64,000 bases of DNA from Setoptus koraiensis (Eukaryota > Animalia > Arthropoda). The notes under the pieces were generated by a model. That model did not search any database. It saw only the letters and a list, made by a program, of their open reading frames with translations, and was not told the DNA's origin. Of this stretch, positions 13,452 to 23,899 are shown one piece after another (the first letter of the stretch is position 1; every line of letters starts with the position of its first letter). The stretch is taken from assembly GCA_048013815.1 (NCBI GenBank), contig CM106585.1, positions 5,270,001 through 5,334,000 of the forward strand. The letters run 5' to 3'. Both the position numbers and the translations under genes were made by a program.

Positions 13452-14386
13452 TCAATCATATTCAGAACCAATCACAATACTTGTCTCCTCGCCTATTATA
13501 GTGGTCTGATGGAACCAAACATTAGTGTCTATAACTAATGTTTCGCCTGGATTTACGTCAAACTCTAGTTTATGGCATACTTTGTAGCATTCGTGTGGCG
13601 GTAAAAGATTCCATCGTTTGCGCCCTTTTATTTGCGCCTGCCAAGAAGGCCGTTTTACATTGTCGACATGCATATTGGCTCCATAACCTGGCTGCCCCAT
13701 GAAAATCCAATCGATCAAAGAAGGGTAGGTATTTCGCGGCAAAAAATATGGTTTTGAGTAATGTTTCCGCAATTTTTCGGTGACGGTAGGATTACAATTA
13801 CTCCAACCAAAGTACCATGGCTTATTTTTGCCCATTCCATTCCTCCTGTTCTCTGGCCTCTCTGGGTCTACATCGTGTAGAGCCTCTTCCAGATACTTAT
13901 AATGGGTACTGTACGGAAAGAATTGACAATGAGATCTGTGTTCCACATTGAAACTGCTATCGCGATACAGATCTACAAAATATTTCACGCTGAACACCTG
14001 GCCTGCTGTCCAATTAGTCTGGGCATCCGTTACTATGACAGGCATTGAATTGTAGGCATACCTGTTGAATTGGAGAGACACACTTTAGTTAGCACATAGA
14101 TATTGTATCATTAAAGATGGTTGTAAAGTTCAAGCAATCTATTGCCGTATATGTACCATTTTTCAAAATTTTCCGGCGAAAGATTAACTTCACGTCGTAT
14201 CGATTTGATTTGCTTGCAAAAGTCACAGTTCATCACTGGTTGAAACAGTTCCTGTATTAGTGGTGAGGAAGGTATCAGACATTTTTTCTCGGAGAATAAT
14301 GAAAAACGACCGATGGGGTTCCATTTTGCAAATATCAGCACGATTGTTGATACTACAACAACCGATAGTGTGCTTTTCCCAATCAT
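13452..14386 (-). CDS. JmjC/cupin-like Fe(II)/2-oxoglutarate oxygenase-fold protein with N-terminal hydrophobic anchor
   Basis: Exons 14386(?)-14157 and 14061-13452 with a 95-nt intron (W|YAYN). Motifs WIFMG..GANMHVD (HxD), WQAQIKGRKRW, PGETLVID..WFHQT (distal His). First in-frame ATG is MIGKSTLSVVVV at 14386; an upstream exon is possible. Confidence 0.75.
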
Positions 14387-15600
14387 AAAGCTCAAGCTCG
14401 ATATAATTTCAGCATTTGATAATAATCGCAGAAGTAAGAGCTTATCGCCAACTATCAATATACTAATTTGGATTGCCAATTCAAAGAAATATTCTCAGTC
14501 AGCATGTGAAAATTGGTTTCCATTACAATTCATCAGATCAATTCAATATTAGCTTACATAGAGTAAAGTCCCTCAATGATATGCGTCATCAAAAGTCAAC
14601 ATTGCGATCTATCTAATAGTGACCTAACTTGCCATTTACCTATAGCCAATATATTGATAATACATGTCGAAAGTGACTAATGTGTCTCAATATTTTCGGC
14701 GGACTTTATAAATTCGAGCTAGACTCCTATTAGGTCTTTACTCTCAATAGAGCTCATGCTTTGATAATGACTGATTGTGTAATTGCCCTAGATTACACTC
14801 CTATTTTTAGAATGTAGGCCAAAATTTTCAAGTCACCACTCTGAACGAGTCGGCCGACGTGTGAAATAGACAAATAGACAAACAAACAGATATTAATGTT
14901 GTAGTATACCCAACATAGACTCTCATGACCGCTAATTAGCGACTCAACTTGATCGATCCGTCACACCAACTAACGTAAGCGAAAGCCAATGTTCTAACAG
15001 TAAAGAAAATGAAATAAAATGACTCGAACTGCAACATTTGTTGGCTGGTAAACGTTGGTGATCAGAGAAATTGATGATCAGAGGTGGTCAGGATACAACT
15101 GATGCAACATAGATCATCGCAGTGATGATGCGATTGTTAACCATTAGATGAATATATGTTTATTTACTATCGCTTAGAAGAGCCAACATTCACGTGGCCT
15201 CTCTCAAAATTTTCAATACATGAGAATACTGCGTGCGAAATGCCCGTTCAGAATGAAACGTCACAAGATAGAGTTATTTTTAAACACAACATATATGATT
15301 GATATTTTGTTTGCTCGGATAACTTATTCGTACATCATGAACTGTAGGGTGACCCCGAATTCACAATTTAAACTCTAGTATTCGTCATTATAAGTTCGAT
15401 TTAGCCAATCTTAGTAGGTACCTCTGAATTGTTTTAGAGAATCAATAATGTTCTCTGTTAGATATTACCATTACTTCTTTGCTTTATTTTTTTCAAGTAA
15501 GTAATTTCCAACCAACAAGTTTTAACATTGTTGCCTTTTTGCTTGTTCTATTCATCATAAATATTGACAACTTTATTGCATCACTCTAGATATTGTAACA

Positions 15601-16142
15601 ATGGTCCAGCCGACGGAGGATCATGAACATGCTAAGGCTCTCAAAGACTTTGTAGCAGATCATCCACATTTACACGAATTAGTTGATAGAGTGCATGAGG
15701 GCGATCTAGATGCGAAACATGAATACGAGAGACGCGCTTTGGCTGCCAGATGTAAGTGATAGTCACTTGGCTAGATTTAATCATTAATCAACTACATGAC
15801 ATGCAGCTAACATATAGAAAACAACGAAAATCTCTCATTCCAACAGTCAATGACATAAAGAAACGACTTTCCAAAGACACTGACGAGGTGCACATAGTCA
15901 TTCATTTCCTCGATGATTACACCAGACATATGGGAGACAATGTAGCTACTCCGGAGCACAGTTTCATGACTCTTGAGCCATTCATAAAGATGCTAGAAAA
16001 AGAGTTGGACCTCCGAGATCAATTGTTGACTTTAGGAAAAAAATTGGAAAACGAAGAGTGTGACTTTAGTTGTTTGGGAGACACGCTAACTAACTTTATG
16101 AACGAATCGCTGTCTAGAATAACAGCTCATATAGAACTCTGA
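15601..16142 (+). CDS. Uncharacterised 148-aa His/Glu-rich, helical-looking protein (two exons)
   Basis: ATG at 15601, donor T|GTAAGT after 15751, pyrimidine-rich acceptor CTCTCATTCCAACAG ending 15846. The 95-nt intron preserves frame into the ORF ending 16142. No family recognised. Confidence 0.6.
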
Positions 16143-16397
16143 GTGACCATTATAGGGATTACGTGACCAATTCATAATTTCGGTGATTAGTCAGCATAAA
16201 ATCTGATTGTTGTTAGATGTGGATATAGTGTAACAATTTTTTACATGTCACGTTGGATTCAAACTGACGTGATCATGCATTGATTTAGACAGGATGTGCA
16301 GAACGACACCCGTCCAAACACGAACCGTTCACAATAAATTTTTTTGTTCATTTTGAATCTGAAATAATTCTAGACCTCAATAAGAGAAAAAATTATA

Positions 16398-17477
16398 ATG
16401 GTAAAATTTATCTCGCTGAGATACATCTCAGCATCCACGCTAATGTTTGTCATAGCCATATGCTTGCCAAGCAAGACTCAAAAATTTCAATCTGACAATG
16501 TTGGCAGCCAGTTTTCTGGTCTTAAACAAGTCCAGAGATCTGGTAATCAGCCCTATCAATTTTCATCTGATAAATATTTCCACACTATTGGTACCACCGT
16601 AAACTATAATCAAGACAATCGAAAGTTCGCTAATCCGTTTATCGAAACCAACCTCAATTTTCCACAGCAACAGAGAGCTGGTCCCCCAACTTTTCAGCAA
16701 ACTAACGATAGAGATCGTCAGGATTGGCTAATCTTTCACGATGTGAACAACCATCATCTGAGAGAGCCTGTTAATGAACCAAAAACTGAGCAACAAAAAT
16801 CTTTTCCAAGTTTGTACTCAGATCATAGCGAAAACTATCCAACTACCAATATAAACAGAAGCCGGCAAAACATTTCAAACAAGACAACGCTCAAAGATGG
16901 TGATTTCGAGGCCAAAAGTAGTGATATATCAACATTTACAGGCCTGACGTCCAGAGATGGTTTGATACTTAAGCCATCACAACTGACGGAAACAGGAGAT
17001 AAACAAGCTCAGTTGTCTGAAAATCATAACCAGCGCATCAGTACACCCATGTTGTCTCCGTCAAAGTTGTCGTTTCTAAAGTCAATCGATCCATTGAATG
17101 TAGACAAAAGAATGTGGGAGAGCGCTGTGAGGGACTCACAATCTTGCGAAAGTCACTTGGTAAATCGCTTAAACCAAGATGCACCCGAGGGCAGAACTGC
17201 GATTGATGTCGGCAGAAGGATTTGTTGCGCTTTGTTTTTTCATAAAGATTGCATCAGTCGAATAGTAGTAGAGCATATGCCTAAGCCATCTTATCCGTTA
17301 TTGGTCAATTATGTTGATCTTTTAATGGGATCGAGAAAGATGGACATTGCACTGACATGCAAGGAGTTCAATAGAGACGGTTGTAATGGCTCTTTGTCCG
17401 GATATCAAGTCGGTATTATTATGTTCATATTGACAATTGTCATCAACAATTACATAGTACTCGTAAGTCTGTTTTAG
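16398..17477 (+). CDS. Uncharacterised secreted/membrane protein: signal peptide, low-complexity N/Q-rich region, Cys-rich C-terminal domain, hydrophobic tail
   Basis: 359-aa single-exon ORF with N-terminal TLMFVIAICL, six Cys in the C-terminal domain (SCE..ICCA..DCI..TCK..GCN) and terminal GIIMFILTIVINNYIVLVSLF. Confidence 0.65.
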   Translation: MVKFISLRYISASTLMFVIAICLPSKTQKFQSDNVGSQFSGLKQVQRSGNQPYQFSSDKYFHTIGTTVNYNQDNRKFANPFIETNLNFPQQQRAGPPTFQQTNDRDRQDWLIFHDVNNHHLREPVNEPKTEQQKSFPSLYSDHSENYPTTNINRSRQNISNKTTLKDGDFEAKSSDISTFTGLTSRDGLILKPSQLTETGDKQAQLSENHNQRISTPMLSPSKLSFLKSIDPLNVDKRMWESAVRDSQSCESHLVNRLNQDAPEGRTAIDVGRRICCALFFHKDCISRIVVEHMPKPSYPLLVNYVDLLMGSRKMDIALTCKEFNRDGCNGSLSGYQVGIIMFILTIVINNYIVLVSLF

Positions 17478-17820
17478 AGGAGTTAACATTCTTAGGGGAA
17501 GAGGCGTGGCACGAGCGGATACCTTAAATGAGAAAATGATCAAATGCCTGCGTACCCATCACGCTTCAAGCAGTGGCACTATTGAATAGGGCACACCTGC
17601 CGGGGTACTAGTGTGCTCCGTCTGATTGAATTATTGATAGGAATGCACTTGTAATCGAACACAATTACACCTGTTTATATATGTCGTAACTTTAGGAATT
17701 CTCCGTCAAGAAATAAAAATAAAAAGAGCACAAATTAAAACGATGAGTTGAATTTTAAGCAGTCTGGCGATCAATCGAGTGCCATCATTAACCGAAACGA
17801 AGTCCGTCTAATCACCAGCA

Positions 17821-18647
17821 ATGGCCTCTTTCGAGGATATTGTCAGATACAATGCTCAGACGTCTGGCAGAGAAAAGCTCATCAGGTGAGTTATTATCTA
17901 GGCCTGTTTTTATTTATTATAATTGTATGTATATTATCTCCAATGATGTTTTTTGTTTGTCTATTTGTTTATATCCCTCATTCTATCTTGATTAGAATTT
18001 GTCAGTATTCAACGAAAATGCTGCACGCAACGTGCCTGAGATACTACTCAACCATGGATAAAATTGAAAATGAGGATCTTCTCACCAGACTAAAGGAACT
18101 AGAGCAATATTTTGCATCATGTAGAAGACTAATGAACTTCGGCAGAAGCTTTGATCATTTTTATACAGCTATCAGGTCTATTCAGCTCCACGATCCCATT
18201 GTTCGCTCCACACTATTCTTATCAAAAATTTCATCATCTATTCTCATGGCAGCCGATCATGTTCTATGGCTCCATCAAATGGGCTTCATCAAGATTGACC
18301 AACAGAGATGGTCCAGGCATATGAATCAATTTTGGCTATACTCTGTTATTATGAATTTGATGAGGGATTTGTATGAGGTCATATTAGTGGCACAATCGAA
18401 CAGTTTCTCCAAGAGCACCATAGACACACTGATAGACTTCAAGTTAAACACTCCGATTAGATGGATTAAGAAGTACCCAAAGATAGCATGTGACTTCACA
18501 AAAAATTTATGTGATTTCTTCATATCTTACTCTGCTCTTGGCAAAACCAATCTGTCGCCCATGATGGTTGCTAGTCTTGGTTTAATATCTTCGTCAATGG
18601 GAATAATGCAAATATACGATCAACGATTCCGATTATCACCAAGCTGA
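17821..18647 (+). CDS. PEX11: Peroxisomal membrane protein 11 (PEX11A/B type)
   Basis: Exon 1 17821-17885 (MASFEDIVRYNAQTSGREKLIR), 110-nt intron, exon 2 17996-18647. Motifs CRRLMNFGRS, ADHVLWL, WLYSVIMNLMRDLYE, KNLCDFFI, LGLISS. Confidence 0.88.
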
Positions 18648-18814
18648 CAGTAACAGTTCGGCCAGCCATACTAAGATGGCAGGGATCACTCAACGAAGAA
18701 TACTCGTTCGGTTGAGCGGAAGGATAGCAAACTCATTAGGCTCAATACTAATCATGCAATCTCGTGAAAAATGACACATCAAAGTCATATCTGACTTACA
18801 TATACAGTATATAC

Positions 18815-19222
18815 ATATTTTATAAGATAAAATAAATCAATACTAATAGGCCATGACATTTAGAAATAAAATTAGCTACGTGTCAACTAATCTGAGTTGC
18901 GTAAGATTCGAGATTCCGTCGCACCAATATCATTGTTCTGCCAGACATCATTACGAAATTAGAAGCCTAACATGAGTAATATAAGATGATGTAATCAGCT
19001 GATCTATTCATAGTCATCATATAGCAACAGGTGAAACATACTGATGAAATATGAGTTGTTTTGAGGACGGAGAGTTTTTTTTCTCTAGAGTTTGATTGCT
19101 AATTTTTGGGTAGTGGTGGTACCCTTTTGATACAATTGTGTGAATCATATACCCCGATGCAGAGATAATGAGCGGAGACAACCATGACAACATGAATTTT
19201 GTGTGCAGTGACCAGACTCAAA
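18815..19222. repeat. Direct repeat copy 1 (~400 bp; paralogous to 22963-23385)
   Basis: 18815-19175 aligns to 22963-23322 with about four differences by eye. A further ~37-nt block (19186-19222 vs 23349-23385) follows a short divergent spacer. Confidence 0.95.
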
Positions 19223-19253
19223 CTAGACTGTTTTTTAAAGCTAGACTTCGAAT

Positions 19254-21014
19254 ATGTTGAAAAAAGAAATTATATCAATTGGGTTGACTTTGGTTCAGTT
19301 AATCTCAATCATAACTATTCCGTCGGCACTATGCAAATACCCGACAGAACAAAGTTTGACTATAAGGAAATGTCGATCTCATCATCATAATCCGCACAAT
19401 CCTACCAAGATAAGTTGCGAATGTTCAGTAGATTATTGTGACAATCTTGTCTTTGATTGGCCTGAGTCAGGACAATTCCTGAAACTGGTGAGCAGCAAAT
19501 CAGGAGGCCGGTATTCATTATATCACTCACCAAGCGAAAAGGTAGCTCAGCCAGCGCACAATTCAATCACCGATTGCTTTGGAGATAATCAGGATTGTCG
19601 AGAACGAACTGACGCCTACACGATCACATTGGATTACTCTAAAAAGTACCAGACAGTATTAGGCTGGGGAGGGGCCTTCACCGATGCGTCGCTCATTAAC
19701 ATAAACAAATTATCGGAAGAACTGGGAAAAGTTTTAATAGAAAATTATTACGGTGAAGATGGTTTGCAATACAACTTTGGGAGAGTGCCAATCGCTGGCA
19801 CGGACTTTTCTAATCACACATATACCTACAATGATGTAGAGGAACAAGATTATGAGCAGAAATATTGGAGTTTAACCCATGAGGACACAAAATTAAAGAT
19901 ACCATTCATCAAGATGGCCAAACAACTGGTTGCTGAGCGTGGTGACAATCTAAAGCTGTTTGCCTCGTCGTGGTCGCCGCCGACGTGGATGAAAACGAAT
20001 CATAAGTTCGTTCGCGGCTTCTTGCGAGGTCCCTCCTCAAGTGAGGGGAAGACATACAAAGCCTATGCGAAATATCTATTGAATTTTCTTCGGGCTTACG
20101 AAAAAAATGATCTATCAATGTGGGGCATGACTGTGCAAAATGAGCCCGGATCGGCTTTTGCGCCGTTCTATTTTTTCAATAGTTTGCAATTTACACCAAC
20201 AGAACAGACAGATTTCATCAACTATCACCTAGGTCCTTTGCTAGAGCAACACGGTTATAATAAGAGTAATTTCAAACTGATCATAGGTGATGATAGTCTT
20301 GGCATTGTCAACATTTTAATCGATGAGATATTAAGTGACGTTTCCGTCAGAAAATACGTTTCAGGTTTGGGAATACACTGGTATTTGAGTGGCACTATCC
20401 CTTATTCTTATATTGACAGACTCTACGATAAACATAAGGATGAAATAGAATTCATACTGATGACAGAGGCTTGTACAGGTTCCAAGCCATACGATCAAAA
20501 AGTTATCCTAGGCGATTGGTCTCGCGGAGTATCCTATGCCAAAGATATAATACAAGATTTGAATAGAAATATTAATGGTTGGATAGATTGGAATTTGGCC
20601 TTAGATTTAAAAGGCGGTCCAAATTGGGCCGGAAATTATGTTGACAGTCCCATAATAGTAGATTATTCAAACGACAAGTTTTACAAGAATCCTATGTATT
20701 ACGTGATTGGTCATTTTTCAAGATTTATACCACATGGCTCTGAGAGAATACAATTAGATTTTGTCAAACAACATCCGAGTCCGACAAAATACGAAGCTGA
20801 GAATGAATTGAATGCACCGCGAGATCATTCAGTAATGGCTACTGCATTTATTTTGCCCTCAAAGAAGCATGTGAGCCTGATACTGCTCAATTTATCTGAC
20901 AGTTTGAAACACGTTTGTGTAAAAATGACCGGAAACATTGGAGACCCTTCAACAAGTCTACTGAGTGTAGAATTAGAGCCGCAAAGCATAACTTCACTGG
21001 TACTGGGAATCTAA
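19254..21014 (+). CDS. GBA: Glucosylceramidase, glycoside hydrolase family 30, intronless, with signal peptide
   Basis: Signal peptide, CECSVDYCD, GWGGAFTD, RVPIAGTDFS, acid/base motif WGMTVQNEP, nucleophile motif ILMTEAC, WIDWNLALD..GGPNW..N.VDSPIIV, FYKNPMYY.IGHFSRF. Confidence 0.95.
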   Translation: MLKKEIISIGLTLVQLISIITIPSALCKYPTEQSLTIRKCRSHHHNPHNPTKISCECSVDYCDNLVFDWPESGQFLKLVSSKSGGRYSLYHSPSEKVAQPAHNSITDCFGDNQDCRERTDAYTITLDYSKKYQTVLGWGGAFTDASLININKLSEELGKVLIENYYGEDGLQYNFGRVPIAGTDFSNHTYTYNDVEEQDYEQKYWSLTHEDTKLKIPFIKMAKQLVAERGDNLKLFASSWSPPTWMKTNHKFVRGFLRGPSSSEGKTYKAYAKYLLNFLRAYEKNDLSMWGMTVQNEPGSAFAPFYFFNSLQFTPTEQTDFINYHLGPLLEQHGYNKSNFKLIIGDDSLGIVNILIDEILSDVSVRKYVSGLGIHWYLSGTIPYSYIDRLYDKHKDEIEFILMTEACTGSKPYDQKVILGDWSRGVSYAKDIIQDLNRNINGWIDWNLALDLKGGPNWAGNYVDSPIIVDYSNDKFYKNPMYYVIGHFSRFIPHGSERIQLDFVKQHPSPTKYEAENELNAPRDHSVMATAFILPSKKHVSLILLNLSDSLKHVCVKMTGNIGDPSTSLLSVELEPQSITSLVLGI

Positions 21015-21628
21015 AAGACGCTGTCAAGGAACAGACTGCCAAAATAACTATCGATCCTCAATAAATTTGATCAGAAAAAAAAACAAACTATTAACAAACT
21101 TTTATCACCACTCTTAGACTAACTATCAAGCGCCTTACTGTTATTGTATGTTACTATGGGTAGAGTTCTCAAGAAACAAAAAACATGCACACTAGCTTGA
21201 CGCGAATTCACTATGCATACACACAATTCAATTTTTCTATTAAATTATATCGTTTTAAGTAATATATAGGTACAAATACATTTAGATAGTTTGGATAGTA
21301 AAAAATAATGTTCCTTAATGCACGAATAAGATGCTATAATCAATAATTACCAGGGTCAATTGGACCAAGGTTGAGTCGCTAATAGCATGAAATTGCTCGT
21401 AGATTTAAGTAGGAAAGCTTCTTTTCAGAATTTCGACACTGGCTTTGGAATTCTCCAAAATGAAATAGTCTGACTAGTGGAAACGCCTTGGGGTTCTGAA
21501 AATAACTTAAAATGTAATACTACACTCTACATGATATCCGATTAGAGGAGCACATATATACGAATGGATCCTTGAGTTTATGGATGTAGCATGGCGGAAT
21601 TCCTGGACGAAAACAACTCTCTTCAGTA

Positions 21629-22949
21629 TCAGACTTGCTCTTCTCTGCCTAAATTGTTGTGGGTTCGATAACGACGCATCTTATGAAGACTTATTTCGTC
21701 GTCGTTGGGATTTTCACTCACGGGAACGTGAGATGATAAGGCTTGCAATTGCTCTTGAACCATTACAAGTTTTGCCTCCATCTGCCTCAATTCTTCTTCT
21801 TTTTGTTGCAAGAGGTCTCGCGAAATTTGATCTGTGAGTGCTATATCTGCTATTGTTTGTGAGGGAAAATCTGACTCACCATCGGCACGATCATGACGTC
21901 TAGAGGTAAAGAAGAAACACATGTTCTTAGTTAGATTCTATATAATTTTTTCTTCCTCATTCTATTGAGACTGAGCGATATTTTTTTCTTTCTTAACTTA
22001 GTACTCACCCATCTTGAGTTATTTTGACTAAACACGAGGATCTGTAATTCTCGTATAATACTTCATTGGTATGATCCTTGAGATCTTGCATGTGTATACT
22101 TAAAAAAGATCGTAATCTAATAAAGTCAGAACACGTTGGATCGTTTATGTTGCAAACACCCCAAGGGTAAAGTCTTCCCCTGATTGGGTGTCCATTAACT
22201 TCGACAGTTGTAGTCGATGAAACTATAGCAAATGGTATGGAGTCTCTCAGCTCCTGATTTTCTTGCCTGATAGTGATCTCTTCATCCAATTCTAGCTCGG
22301 GCAGTCTATAGATCTCTATGCCACATTCGTCAATGTCCTGCATTACTCTTTGTTTAAAAATTGCTAATTCTGTTTTGTTCAAAGCATCGGCTTTAGCTAT
22401 GCACGGTATTATGTTAACTTTCTTGTGCAACCGTAGCATTACATTTTTATCCAATTGTGTGAGAGACCTACCGAAGGGCGATATCATATACAGACAACAG
22501 TGAACTCTGTTATCTTGGATATTCTTTCTATCGAACCCACATTCGTCTTTGAAGTAACGCTGGAATTGGTCTTGCACATAAGACTCCACGGCTAAGAAGG
22601 AGTCTTCACAGCCCAGAGCATCTCCATAGCCTGGCGTATCGATCAGAGTCAGGTGTAGCTTGACACCCTTGTCTTGGATTTGGAGACAGTGCCTGTCTAT
22701 GGACACAGTTCTATGTAGCAAGCGATCAACATCCAGCACTCTACCGTCCCTTCTAATGTCATAGGCAAACAGCGAATTGATTAGCGTAGATTTTCCCACT
22801 CCTGCGATTCCGACAACCATAAGTGTAAATTCGAATCCTTTCTTGGTGGACTTTCGCTGGAGGTATTGAGGTAGCTTTTGCAATTTGATCCGTGTTTGTG
22901 TTGTTTGTGCCATACTGGTCGAATTGGTATTAGTGGACGGCGCTGTCAT
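21629..22949 (-). CDS. Septin (SEPT2/Sep1-like group)
   Basis: Exons 22949-22009 and 21899-21629 with a 109-nt intron. G1 FTLMVVGIAGVGKSTLINSLF, G3 DTPGYGD, NRVHCCLYMI, G4 AKAD, septin-unique GRLYPWG, C-terminal coiled coil. Confidence 0.93.
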
Positions 22950-22962
22950 GGTTCCCGACGGA

Positions 22963-23385
22963 ATATTTCATAAGATGAAATAAATCAATACTAATAGGCC
23001 ATGACATTTAGAAATAAAATTAGCTACGTGTCAACTAATCTGAGTTGCGTAAGATTCGAGATTCCGTCGCACCAATATCATTGTTCTGCCAGACATCATT
23101 ACGAAATTAGAAGCCTAACATGAGTAATATAAGATGATGTAATCAGCTGATCTATTCATAGTCATCATATAGCAACAGGTGAAACATACTGATGAAATAT
23201 GAGTTGTTTTGAGGACGGAGAGTTTTTTTCTTTAGAGTTTGATTGCTAATTTTTGGGTAGTGGTGGTACCCTTTTGATACAATTGTGTGAATCATATACC
23301 CCGATGCAGAGATAATGAGCGGGGTGAGTGACGGCCCGTTATCAACCCGACAACATGAATTTTGTGTGCAGTGACTAGACTCAAA
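22963..23385. promoter_or_regulatory. Direct repeat copy 2; probable divergent promoter/5' region between the septin (-) and MFSD14 (+) genes
   Basis: Begins 14 nt from the septin ATG. Contains ATG AGC GGG|GTGAGT at 23315-23329 (possible first mini-exon/donor) that is absent from copy 1. Regulatory role inferred from position only. Confidence 0.55.
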
Positions 23386-23899
23386 TCGTTGCTATTTTTG
23401 TTGATTATCCTACATCATATGTGTCTATAAATATTATTATCAACCAAATTTCGTATTGTAACGCAAACGCCAGCCATCGTCATCAGATACATTTGTTTTT
23501 ATCGTCGTAGATTATATTACATTTCGAATATAATCCACAGGATCGACTGACTAACGGAGGGATATTTACAATACCGAAATAACTCAACAATTGATCTTTT
23601 GGCATGAGTTTTTATTATAAACGAATCGGAGACAAGTAATCAATTTATATCAATTATCTTCACACAATCTAAGATCATAGTTATTTATTTGGCATAGTGT
23701 ACTCATGCAAAACAGCTAATTGAAGGCACAACAGAGACAATCTTCTACCGGCTGCATCTGATCGAATAGTCCCAAGTGGTGCCAGGATCATGTTAGAACC
23801 GAAATAAACTCACCAATGCTCATGTACCACCAAGAATTAATTGACCAAAAATCTTAGGTCTGGAATACTTATTTATAGAAAAGAAATTTAACACATAAA

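Noticed and set aside
4433-16336. Shared 17-mer ACGAACCGTTCACAATA at 4433-4449 and 16320-16336
   Set aside because: One 17-mer match is within chance range for a 64-kb AT-rich window, and flanking similarity is short.
17748-17995. Hydrophobic N-terminal extension on the PEX11 ORF
   Set aside because: Read-through of the T-rich intron 17886-17995; the real first exon is in another frame (ATG 17821).
22770-22830. Septin P-loop GIAGVGKST instead of the usual GESGLGKST
   Set aside because: The GxxxxGKS consensus is intact; ordinary divergence.
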